Shown: positions 34,501 through 43,028, numbered from the stretch's first letter. The stretch is DNA of 59,869 nucleotides from Minisyncoccota bacterium (GCA_018062765.1 JAGORR010000002.1:1-59869), one strand, 5' to 3'. Program-made: numbers and translations. Notes: generated from the letters alone by a model not told the origin.

Positions 34501-35591
34501 AAAAGGATATTGACACATGGGACGCATATAGAGAGTCGGAGCTTGCATGGCTTCGTCCACGCCTTACCTCGCTCGGCTACACGCTCGACGAGAACCAGCC
34601 GCATATCGCCGGGGAACGCTATCTTATGCAGGCTGTTACGACCGCTGCGGGCCGTAAGCTCATCCTCCTAGCGTCAAGAAGTTCTGATGGACAACGTGCG
34701 GTGGTCAAAGCGACATCAGACGTAGGCGGGAAGAAGGAGATCGGCCATGAGCGTGCATGCCGGCGCTTCCTTGCCGACATCGATTTCGCATACCAACCCT
34801 TCCACTCTCCTGCGGAACTTCTGTGGGAGGAGCGAGACGACCGACTCATATTCATTCAGGAGTATATTGAGCAGTCCTCGGCTTTTCTTGCGCGCCCACC
34901 TGAGGAGCAATTCCATATCGCGCTTGCAGCTCTCAAGGCGCAAGAAAGCGCGCACGCAACGACATACGGTCACCGCGCAAAGGTCCGCGGAGTATTTGGT
35001 TCGCATGGCGTGAATGATTATTTCTCATCGGTGAAGCATTTCTTCGCATGCGTTGTGAGCGCGTTCCCGAGCTATGAAGAACGCTTATCTCGTGCAGAGA
35101 GCCTGTTAAAGGCCGGCAAGCGCCGCATCGACCAGTACGGGGGATTTCTCACGCATACCGATTTCGTGCCGCATAACTTCCGAATCAAGGATGGGACGCT
35201 CTACCTCCTTGACCATTCCTCCTTCAGGTTTGCCAACAAATACGAAGGGTGGGCGCGCTTCACAAACTTCATGGCGCTCTACCATCCCGCGCTCGCGTCC
35301 GCGCTCGTCGCTTATGTCCGCAATAACCGGACCCCTGAGGAAGCAGAGGCATTCCAGCTTATGCGCATCTACCGACTCATGGAGATTCTCTGCTATTACG
35401 TGCGCACCCTTTCCCGCTCCGAAGGGGACCTTCGCGCATTGAACGAGGCGCGCATCGCGTTCTGGGGGGAGGTGCTCGACGCGGTGATGGACGGTAGTGA
35501 AGTTGCTCCCGAAACTGTCGTAGAATACCAGGCGACGCGCGACAGACTCAGGAGTCCTGAAGAGAAAGTCCGTCAGCAGGGGCTTCACTAG
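34497..35591 (+). CDS. APH/choline-kinase-family phosphotransferase (small-molecule kinase)
   Basis: 364 aa. The Brenner motif HxDxxxxN is present in LTHTDFVPHNF, followed by LYLLDHSS (Mg-binding Asp). Confidence 0.6.
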   Translation: MKKDIDTWDAYRESELAWLRPRLTSLGYTLDENQPHIAGERYLMQAVTTAAGRKLILLASRSSDGQRAVVKATSDVGGKKEIGHERACRRFLADIDFAYQPFHSPAELLWEERDDRLIFIQEYIEQSSAFLARPPEEQFHIALAALKAQESAHATTYGHRAKVRGVFGSHGVNDYFSSVKHFFACVVSAFPSYEERLSRAESLLKAGKRRIDQYGGFLTHTDFVPHNFRIKDGTLYLLDHSSFRFANKYEGWARFTNFMALYHPALASALVAYVRNNRTPEEAEAFQLMRIYRLMEILCYYVRTLSRSEGDLRALNEARIAFWGEVLDAVMDGSEVAPETVVEYQATRDRLRSPEEKVRQQGLH

Positions 35592-36133
35592 GAGAGCGCG
35601 CGCATCTTCTCGATAAGCGCCTCGTACCGTTCGATGAGCGGGTGACTCCACGTCTCCTTGAGCATCGACAGCATCGCTTCCTCGAACCAGAGTTTTTCCT
35701 CTCTTCCGGTATTGAATCGAGTCCAGAGCGCGCTTCCAAGCTCGGCATGTGCCTCAAGCAGACTCTCGCCGTTATGGATTTTATCTGCGAGCGCAACCGC
35801 CTTCGCCCCCTCCGGACCATTGCGCACCGTCTCTATGTACTTGAGCTTCTTCTCCTTCCAGGAGAGCGCGTCGTCGTTCGTCACCGCCTCAACTATGGAA
35901 AAGGCCTCCTCGCCGATGGCCGCGCGTAGGTCGTCAGCCGGTATCGGCGTGTCCTCAAGGACGTCATGACAGAGTGCGGCAGCGATGACCGCGTCCGAAA
36001 ATCCGTGCTCGCGCAGCAATAGAGCGACCATATAGGGATGCACAACATAGGGCGTTTCCTTGTCGTCCTTCCTCGTCTGTCCCGCATGCCCCTTTAGCGC
36101 GAGAAGAACGGCGTTTTCTATGATGGAAGCCAT
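35588..36133 (-). CDS. Stand-alone RelA/SpoT-type HD hydrolase domain protein (small alarmone hydrolase-like)
   Basis: 181 aa. It has ALKGHAGQTRKDDKETPYVVHPYMVA and ALCHDVLEDT (HD motif). Confidence 0.8.
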   Translation of the reverse strand: MASIIENAVLLALKGHAGQTRKDDKETPYVVHPYMVALLLREHGFSDAVIAAALCHDVLEDTPIPADDLRAAIGEEAFSIVEAVTNDDALSWKEKKLKYIETVRNGPEGAKAVALADKIHNGESLLEAHAELGSALWTRFNTGREEKLWFEEAMLSMLKETWSHPLIERYEALIEKMRALS

Positions 36134-36139
36134 TGTGTG

Positions 36140-37315
36140 TTATGCAAATGCTACCGCGAACACACGCTCGCGCATCTCTCGCGCGATGATGTCCCAGTCG
36201 TATTTTTCAAGCACCATACGACGAGCCTCATCCGTGACACGACGCACGGCTTCGGTATCAGTCCGGATAGAAAGCACCGCGTCCCGTATCTCCTCAGGTG
36301 CGTCGGGCGACACAACCCAGGCGGTAGGCTTCTGGTCCGGATTATGACGTGCGTCGAATGCGAATTCTGCGAGTCCACCCTCCCGCGTTGTCACCACAGG
36401 GAGCCTTGAGGCCATCGCCGAGAGAAACGCGTTCCCGAGCCCTTCAGACCGAGAAGGTCCGACAAATATATCGGAGGCCAGCCGATACTTTGTTACGTCC
36501 GCGCGTTCGACAGGCCCCGTGAATATCACACGGTCCGCGATATCGAGTTCGTTGGCGAGTCCTTTAAGCATCGTCTCATCAGGTCCGCCACCAACTATCA
36601 GAAACTTGTACTCAGCCGGAAGAAGCGCGAGCGCACGGAGGGTTGTATCGTTTCCCTTCTGGTGGACGAGGCGCGCGGTGTTCACGAGCCATACGTCTCC
36701 CTCTTTCTTTCCGAGCGTTACCTTGAGAGCTTCAACCTCTGAATCAGGAACGGATTGGTGAAGATCCTTCGGGTTGGCACCGTTATGAACTAGCACAACC
36801 TCTCCTTTGTATCCCCGCAGTCCCGGCCAGGTAGCGAGATATGCAGATATAGCCTGCACGATACGTGTCGTTTGGAACCCATAGTCTATGAGAGGAAGAA
36901 GCGGTCGAATGAACCAGCGATGGAATACCTTCTCGTACGGATCTCCGTCCTGCAAAGTAAGGATACGCGGGGCTCGTACGCCAAGCATCTGTGCGAGTAC
37001 GGCAGGCAGCAGCATGTAGGTCATCATTGACCATACGGCGTCAAAACGGTGGACGCGATGAAGCGAGCGCGCCTTGAGCGCGGCGAGCGGTATGAAAAGT
37101 ATCTTCGAGAGATACGCACCGCCCCAGCCCACTCGATACACACGCGTATTCCCTATCATCTCCTCTCGTGGTGCAGATGAATCAAAAAGGAGGGTGATGA
37201 GATGGAACTCGATATCTGTAGCATCGATGCGATCAGTAATCTCCTTTATCGCGGCCTCTGCGCCCGACACGAAGCTTGGGTAATACGCCAGCGAGAAAAT
37301 GAGGACTTTTCTCAT
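36140..37315 (-). CDS. Family 4 (GT-B) glycosyltransferase
   Basis: 391 aa. It has IFVGPSRSEGLGNAFLSAMASRLPVVTTREGG (EX7E-like). Confidence 0.85.
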   Translation of the reverse strand: MRKVLIFSLAYYPSFVSGAEAAIKEITDRIDATDIEFHLITLLFDSSAPREEMIGNTRVYRVGWGGAYLSKILFIPLAALKARSLHRVHRFDAVWSMMTYMLLPAVLAQMLGVRAPRILTLQDGDPYEKVFHRWFIRPLLPLIDYGFQTTRIVQAISAYLATWPGLRGYKGEVVLVHNGANPKDLHQSVPDSEVEALKVTLGKKEGDVWLVNTARLVHQKGNDTTLRALALLPAEYKFLIVGGGPDETMLKGLANELDIADRVIFTGPVERADVTKYRLASDIFVGPSRSEGLGNAFLSAMASRLPVVTTREGGLAEFAFDARHNPDQKPTAWVVSPDAPEEIRDAVLSIRTDTEAVRRVTDEARRMVLEKYDWDIIAREMRERVFAVAFA

Positions 37316-38190
37316 GATTGCTTCGCGTTCGCGATGTATTCCTTAAGATAGTGCCTTTGGGTCCAACCGAGTGCTTCAATCTTTGAAGTATCGTCTTTGC
37401 CAGATGAGCGCGAAGTCGCCGTCTGTGTCTGCATCTCTATGTCTCCCCCGCACATCTGTGCGACCTCGAGTATGGAGTGTACGTCATCTGCGCTAATCGC
37501 GTACCCGTCACCCTCACCAGCTTCACCTGCGCGCACGATTCCATCGACCGTATCAAGCACATGGGTGAAGCTCCGCGTCTGAGTTCCAGGCGCGTTAACC
37601 AGATGCGGCTTTCCAAGCCGCACGTTCTCAAGGAACGTTGCGATCACGGTCCCCATATTTCCCCACGTGCGCTCGCGCGGACCATATACGTTGTAAAAAT
37701 AGACAATCGCGTACGGAAGTACGTACCAGCGTCCGTAGTTCCCAATGAGATCGACGTTCATCGCTTTAGTGAAGGTATAGGGAGCAAGGTCTCGACCTTC
37801 ACCACCTGTAGCTGGTTTACTGATTTCGGACTTCGTGGAGGAAGCTGCGTAGATAAGCTTGCACTTTTTTTCGCGCCAGAACTCGAGAACTGCAATCGTG
37901 CCTTCCGTATTCGACTTAAAGACCTTGTCGGGCTCCACGAGACTTTGGTGAACGCGCGAGTACTCACCAAGGTGATAGATGAGATCGGGAGTCTCAGGAA
38001 CGAGTGTAGCGATGTCCTTTGTATGCCCTTCTCGGTATTCGACGCCCGCAACGTGATTATCCTTGCTCCCTACCGAATAGTCGTCGAGCGAAATGACTCG
38101 ATGCCCATCAGCGCTGAGACGCTCGCATAAATGCGAGCCCACAAACCCGGCTCCGCCGGTAACGAGTATGAGTTTCTGCGGTGACGCCAT
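37312..38190 (-). CDS. NAD-dependent NDP-sugar epimerase/dehydratase (extended SDR)
   Basis: 292 aa. It has LILVTGGAGFVGSHLCERL and a YxxxK motif (YTFTKAM). Confidence 0.9.
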   Translation of the reverse strand: MASPQKLILVTGGAGFVGSHLCERLSADGHRVISLDDYSVGSKDNHVAGVEYREGHTKDIATLVPETPDLIYHLGEYSRVHQSLVEPDKVFKSNTEGTIAVLEFWREKKCKLIYAASSTKSEISKPATGGEGRDLAPYTFTKAMNVDLIGNYGRWYVLPYAIVYFYNVYGPRERTWGNMGTVIATFLENVRLGKPHLVNAPGTQTRSFTHVLDTVDGIVRAGEAGEGDGYAISADDVHSILEVAQMCGGDIEMQTQTATSRSSGKDDTSKIEALGWTQRHYLKEYIANAKQS

Positions 38191-38198
38191 ATGAGGGG

Positions 38199-40013
38199 TT
38201 ATACCCCGTCCTTGAGGATTTTGCGAAGTTCGTCTTCCGGAACCTCGTAGGGCTTCTGCGCTGTCGCCTGTTGCGGCCTGGACTGGCTTTCACGCATCGG
38301 ATTTGGTGCAGGAGTCGGCACGGGATTTGGCTGCTTGGGCACTACGGCACCGAGCGTTTCCTTGAGCGTCGTCTGGGGCTCCTCCTTCTTTTGCTGTCCC
38401 TCGGTCATACGCTTCAATATGGCTCGCAAATCATCCGGACTCTTACTTGCGGCCACTGGAGCTGGTCGCTCCTCGCGACGCGACTGCGACCGACTCTCTT
38501 CACGTCGCGCATGGGGACGGGCGTTGTCGCGCGGGACAGACACACGCTCCTCCTTATGCTCGAGGCGGTCGACGCGGGGAGCCGGCTCCGTAGCCCGTAC
38601 GACTGGCCGCGGCCTCTCGCTCTGCGGAACGTAGACGCCGTCGCGTGTCGGGAGCGATGAAGAAGGAGTGCTCTTCGTATACGGGCGCTTGGGTTTTGGC
38701 GCTGGCTCGACATACTCCGTATCGACATCAGCAAGTTCTTCGCTGATCTTCGCCTCAACGAGTGAGCGCTTCGCGCCAAACTGCGCGCGCGAGGAGGCGA
38801 CCACTTCATCCTTATAAATGCGCGGCGGCGGTTCGATAGGCGGGAGCGTAACCGCGGAAAACGGGCGCGAACCTATCCCATCAATCATGAGCGAAAGGTA
38901 GATTTGACGAAGACCGAGATTCACCAGGTCTTCCTTAGTGAACTCCGGCATGAACACAGTTTCAAGCGTCTCTGCATCGAAGGGTCCCACTCGGAACGCG
39001 ATCGTGGTCCCGACGTTCCCGAATACGGCGTCACGTACTTCCTCCTCCATCTGTTCGACATACTGGTGCGCGATTGTGAGCGCGAGTTTGTATTTACGAG
39101 CCTCGGACAAAATGCCCGCAAACGTCTCGTTCGCGAAGTTCTGAAATTCGTCCACGTAGAAGTAACACTTTGGCGCAGCGTCGAGCTCAGCATGCGGCAG
39201 GTTTGCGCGGCTCATGGCAGCAAGGAAGATGCGTGTCGTGAGCATGGAGCCCAAAAGCTGCATGTTCGTTTCTCCGACGAGTCCCTTCGATAGGTTGATG
39301 ATGAGAATCTTCTTCTTATCCATCATCTCGCGGATGTCGAACGAGGACTTCGGCTGCCCGATGATATTACGAATGAGAGGGTTGCCCGTGAACTGTCCTA
39401 TCTTGTTTTGTATAGCAGGAGTTGCTTCCTGCGTGTACCGGTCGCCGTACCCAGCGAATTCCTTAACCCAGAAATCCTTCACCACCGGGTCCTTCACATT
39501 CTCGACGACCTTCTTCCGGTACGCTTTGTCGGTGTACATCCGATTGACGGAGAGGAGTGTCGAGTCCGGGTATTCGAGCAGTGCGAGCAAGGTATTCGTG
39601 AGGATGTACTCCATACGTGCTGACCACGCATCGACCCAAAGCTTTTTGAACGCTGACATGAGACCGGAGACGACAAGGTGGCGCCGGTCATACCCGACGT
39701 CCTCCATGATATTGAAGGCAATCGGGTTCTCCATATCGAACGGCGCGAAATAGACGACATCGCCAACCCGCTCAGGCGGAATGTATTCGAGAAGTTTTTC
39801 TGCGGTGCCACCGTGCGGGTCGATGAAGGCAATGCCTTCTCCATTCCGGATATCCTGTATCGCCATGTTCTCCAAGAGGGTCGACTTACCCATACCCGTC
39901 TTACCGATGATGTACGTGTGTCGCTCGCGGTCTTTCGCCTTTATGCCAAAGGGCACCTTCTTGCCACGCGCGTCCGTAGCGCCGAAATATGTCACCCGTT
40001 CCGGGTTTTCCAT
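38199..40013 (-). CDS. TraD/VirD4-like (type IV coupling protein / HerA-FtsK superfamily) P-loop ATPase with a low-complexity Pro/Arg/Glu-rich C-terminal tail
   Basis: It has a Walker A motif (IIGKTGMGKSTLLENM) and a Walker B-like motif (YFYVDEFQNFA), then LALTIAHQYVEQM. No N-terminal TM helix is present. I set the start at 40013 (MENPERV) because the track start at 40043 lies in the loop of the upstream terminator hairpin. Confidence 0.75.
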   Translation of the reverse strand: MENPERVTYFGATDARGKKVPFGIKAKDRERHTYIIGKTGMGKSTLLENMAIQDIRNGEGIAFIDPHGGTAEKLLEYIPPERVGDVVYFAPFDMENPIAFNIMEDVGYDRRHLVVSGLMSAFKKLWVDAWSARMEYILTNTLLALLEYPDSTLLSVNRMYTDKAYRKKVVENVKDPVVKDFWVKEFAGYGDRYTQEATPAIQNKIGQFTGNPLIRNIIGQPKSSFDIREMMDKKKILIINLSKGLVGETNMQLLGSMLTTRIFLAAMSRANLPHAELDAAPKCYFYVDEFQNFANETFAGILSEARKYKLALTIAHQYVEQMEEEVRDAVFGNVGTTIAFRVGPFDAETLETVFMPEFTKEDLVNLGLRQIYLSLMIDGIGSRPFSAVTLPPIEPPPRIYKDEVVASSRAQFGAKRSLVEAKISEELADVDTEYVEPAPKPKRPYTKSTPSSSLPTRDGVYVPQSERPRPVVRATEPAPRVDRLEHKEERVSVPRDNARPHARREESRSQSRREERPAPVAASKSPDDLRAILKRMTEGQQKKEEPQTTLKETLGAVVPKQPNPVPTPAPNPMRESQSRPQQATAQKPYEVPEDELRKILKDGV

Positions 40014-40020
40014 GCTCCCT

Positions 40021-40026
40021 AGTATA
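40021..40026 (-). promoter_or_regulatory. -10-like hexamer TATACT, 7 nt upstream of the ATG at 40013
   Basis: The minus strand reads TATACT-agggagc-ATG, immediately after the terminator hairpin. Confidence 0.45.
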
Positions 40027-40029
40027 AGC

Positions 40030-40057
40030 GAAAACCCGCGCATTCGCGCGGGTTTTC
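40030..40057 (-). terminator. Rho-independent terminator downstream of the transpeptidase/carboxypeptidase gene
   Basis: GAAAACCCGCGC-attc-GCGCGGGTTTTC, a 12-bp GC-rich stem. On the minus-strand RNA it ends in UUUUC. Confidence 0.7.
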
Positions 40058-40076
40058 ATGTAGCGACCCTTGCGCT

Positions 40077-41549
40077 CTACTCGGCTATGGAGAATGTTGG
40101 CGCTGGAGCCACGGCATACGCAGCGCCAATAGCACGCATAAGGGCAGATACATCGGCATATACATCTCGAGAGTTAAGGGCGACCACTACGACCGGACGC
40201 TCCTCACCTCGCGCTGAGAGCATGAATACTCCAGCATAGGTCTCGCCTGCCGCGGTCGTCTTCCCTATCTTCCCGCCAATAAAGTTATTTGGGACGCCAG
40301 GAACGCGGTTGTAGTTCTCCAAGGGACCGAAAGAGACTGGCCCGTACGCGCTATTGGTCTGTCGATCGCTCGTGATATCGAATATGAATTTCCGGTTCTC
40401 GTATATGTAGCGTGAGATGGCGAACAGATCCTCGGCGGTCGAGACGTTCGCATCCGACGCGCCCGACGTGTCCGAGAAGGAAGTATTCGTGAGACCGATG
40501 GTCTTCGACTTCGTGTTCATGAGATTCACGAAATAGCCCTTCCCGAGTCCTGAGGCGAGGGTCTCAGCTGCTTCGTTTGAAGACTCCGTAAGGAGAAGGT
40601 GGAGCAGGTCGTAGGTCGAGACCGACGCTCCCGCCGTAAGACGCGGCTTCGAGGTGTAGACGAGGGCGCTCTGGGGCACTGTCATCGGCTTATCGAGATT
40701 GATGTACTCGGTAACGATGAGTGCGGTCATGAGTTTCGTCACGGAAGCGATTTTCTGCTTCATCGCTGGATCCTTGCTTGCGAGCACGGTTCCGTTCTTA
40801 AGGTCCGCCACAAGGTATGAGGAGGCAGTAACGCCGGAGACATCGAGCTCGTAGGAGAAGTCGTCCTCAGGGTCAGGGCGCTCGTACACGATGAGCGGCA
40901 TGCCTTTTTCGGTAGCCTCGTACACTTTCTTCGCATCCTCAGTCGAGAGCCTGATGCAGCCGCCTGAGTAGGATTTCGAGACGGGCGTGCCGTCAGGGTA
41001 ATATGGCCAGCCGTGGATGAAGAAGTTTCCTTGGAAGTTGAGGCTGTAGGGCTGATGCACCTTGCCGAAGGAGGAGAAATGATCTTCCTCCTTGGTGAGG
41101 ATGCTGTAAATCCCCGTCGGAGTCTCCCACCAAGAGCCTTCGCGTCCCTTCGCGAGTATGGGCACCGTCAGAGTCGCGACCCCATCCTTATAAACGGTGA
41201 TCTCCATCGCAGAGAGGTCTGCTGAGACGAAGTCGGACTTCTCAGTGACGAATTTCTCCTTCACCGTCTGGTAGAACTCCGGGTTCGAGAGCGCCGGCCA
41301 GGAGCCGTATGCAAGCTTCGCGGTGCCGCCATCAGGCAGGGTAAACGTGTACGCGGCATCGCTATGGCGGGCATAGAGGAACCCGGCTCCGGCAACCAGG
41401 AGCGCTGCCACGAGACCCGCAAGGACCGTCCCCCCGATGCGCAAAACCGCCTTGCGGCGTGAGGCAGCATCCGTATGAGGCGCGTGTTCAGACATGTAAT
41501 CGCAGTATAACGAAGGACGTGCTTCTTGTCCCCTTCTTACAAGGATCAA
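40077..41549 (-). CDS. Fusion of an L,D-transpeptidase (YkuD) domain and a D-alanyl-D-alanine carboxypeptidase (peptidase S11) domain, N-terminally membrane-anchored
   Basis: 490 aa; the start could alternatively be MSEHAP at 41495. It has a TM helix (GGTVLAGLVAALLVAGAGF) and the YkuD catalytic motif FIHGWPYYPDGTPVSKSYSGGCIRL. The S11 motifs are ASVTKLMT (SxxK), ESSNEA (SxN) and a KTG-like IGKTTAAG. Confidence 0.8.
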   Translation of the reverse strand: MILVRRGQEARPSLYCDYMSEHAPHTDAASRRKAVLRIGGTVLAGLVAALLVAGAGFLYARHSDAAYTFTLPDGGTAKLAYGSWPALSNPEFYQTVKEKFVTEKSDFVSADLSAMEITVYKDGVATLTVPILAKGREGSWWETPTGIYSILTKEEDHFSSFGKVHQPYSLNFQGNFFIHGWPYYPDGTPVSKSYSGGCIRLSTEDAKKVYEATEKGMPLIVYERPDPEDDFSYELDVSGVTASSYLVADLKNGTVLASKDPAMKQKIASVTKLMTALIVTEYINLDKPMTVPQSALVYTSKPRLTAGASVSTYDLLHLLLTESSNEAAETLASGLGKGYFVNLMNTKSKTIGLTNTSFSDTSGASDANVSTAEDLFAISRYIYENRKFIFDITSDRQTNSAYGPVSFGPLENYNRVPGVPNNFIGGKIGKTTAAGETYAGVFMLSARGEERPVVVVALNSRDVYADVSALMRAIGAAYAVAPAPTFSIAE

Positions 41550-41588
41550 TCGGTGTGCTTTGCTATAGCTCCAGGATTCTGGGCCGAT

Positions 41589-42752
41589 TTACTGATACTG
41601 GATGAAGGACGGCGAGGGGGTCAGCTTGAGGATTTCGGCAGGCGTCAAAAGCCGGGTAGAAGGAGGCTTCAGGTCGTTTTTGTAAAAGAGTTTGAACCCC
41701 GTGAACTGCACGGGCTCAGGATGGATGACCTGGTTGTAGGTGTTGATCTTCTTAGCGCCGAAGCCCCAGCCATCCATAACCATCACCACCTGCACCTCGG
41801 GACGTAGCGTGATGTTCTTATGGCCGGTCACCATATTCTCGGTGAACCGGTGTATGACGAGGATTTTCGGCGGCAAGTTATTCGCCTTGACGAGGTCAGC
41901 CAGATACTTCGTCGCGTAATTTATATCTGCCGAAGAGACCGTACCGATAACGTCTCCAGGCACATCCCCGCTCTTCATCGAGAACTCGGGGTCGATCGCG
42001 AGATGTACATTCGGAAGCTTCAGGTACTCCTCAAGAAGCGGTATCTCTTTCTCAAAGGTTGAGAGACCCACCTGTATCTCAAGGATGACGATACCCTCCA
42101 CTTTATTAGCCATATCAATAGCACGCTGTATGTGCTCTCCCGGCATGCGGAGCTTATACGTACCGTCCGCTTGTGCGGTGCCTTGCGCGGTTACCGCGAT
42201 GTAGTCGATACCCATGACAACAGGGGTTGAGGGATCCGCGGCCTCCCACGCCGCTTTCTCGCTTTTCAATTTCGCCAATACCGTGCCCTCGTCGAACTCG
42301 CCCAATATTCCCATCTTCGTGGAGTAGAAGTTGCCGTAGTACGCCACGATACGCTTCTCGGGCAGGAGGGCACCTGGAATTGGGTAAGGACCCGCGACCG
42401 GCCAGAGCTCTCCCGCGGCAGACACACTGGTCGATTCGTCCTGATTTCGTATGAGCGTCATTCCCGGAGGAGTCGTAGTAGACGTGTCCCGGGTGGTCGA
42501 CGCAAGGCTGATATGCGCAAGTGCGAGCATCTTCTCGTCATATGCCGCCTTGTCGAATTTCGGTGGCTCCGGCTCCAGAATCTTTCCCAAAAAGGATTCT
42601 TCATGAGACACCTCGGCAAGGGTCGCGCTTGTGCGCATGGCGTACGGCAGTACAAATGCCCCGAGCAGGAATATGAGTACAAAGGCGCCTATCGCCGTCG
42701 GAATCGTACCTAGTCTGCGCAGATGCTTCACTCCATTAGAAATCTTTCGCAT
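41589..42752 (-). CDS. Membrane-anchored hypothetical protein (extracytoplasmic domain of unknown function)
   Basis: 387 aa with an N-terminal TM helix (IPTAIGAFVLIFLLGAFVL). The alternating hydrophobic strands might fit a TIM-barrel hydrolase, but I recognise no diagnostic motif. Confidence 0.5.
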   Translation of the reverse strand: MRKISNGVKHLRRLGTIPTAIGAFVLIFLLGAFVLPYAMRTSATLAEVSHEESFLGKILEPEPPKFDKAAYDEKMLALAHISLASTTRDTSTTTPPGMTLIRNQDESTSVSAAGELWPVAGPYPIPGALLPEKRIVAYYGNFYSTKMGILGEFDEGTVLAKLKSEKAAWEAADPSTPVVMGIDYIAVTAQGTAQADGTYKLRMPGEHIQRAIDMANKVEGIVILEIQVGLSTFEKEIPLLEEYLKLPNVHLAIDPEFSMKSGDVPGDVIGTVSSADINYATKYLADLVKANNLPPKILVIHRFTENMVTGHKNITLRPEVQVVMVMDGWGFGAKKINTYNQVIHPEPVQFTGFKLFYKNDLKPPSTRLLTPAEILKLTPSPSFIQYQ

Positions 42753-42786
42753 GTATTACAGAAGATGCTGCGCGCCGCACCGAGTT

Positions 42787-42987
42787 CTAACGGGGTTCAT
42801 ACGCAGGAGCCGCAGACTCTCTGCGAGCACGGGCATCCCTGCGCAAGCGAAGCAACATGAGCGCAAGCGCGGTTATGGCAAGTCCTAGAATCGGATATAC
42901 GAAGCTGAGCCAGGCACTAGGGATACCTGAGAACGGCAGAATAAGGACAAGCGCGCCTAGGAGAACGACCATTCCTTCCTTTGACAT
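42787..42987 (-). CDS. Small two-TM membrane protein (66 aa), hypothetical
   Basis: MSKEGMVVLLGALVLILPFSGIPSAWLSFVYPILGLAITALALMLLRLRRD... I used the ATG at 42987 rather than the track's non-ATG start at 43005. A GATACT hexamer lies 6 nt upstream. Confidence 0.35.
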   Translation of the reverse strand: MSKEGMVVLLGALVLILPFSGIPSAWLSFVYPILGLAITALALMLLRLRRDARARRESAAPAYEPR

Positions 42988-42993
42988 AGCTTT

Positions 42994-42999
42994 AGTATC
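42994..42999 (-). promoter_or_regulatory. -10-like hexamer GATACT, 6 nt upstream of the ATG at 42987
   Basis: The minus strand reads GATACT-aaagct-ATG. Confidence 0.35.
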
Positions 43000-43028
43000 G
43001 CGCAAACAAGTCTGGGAAGCAAAAATAG

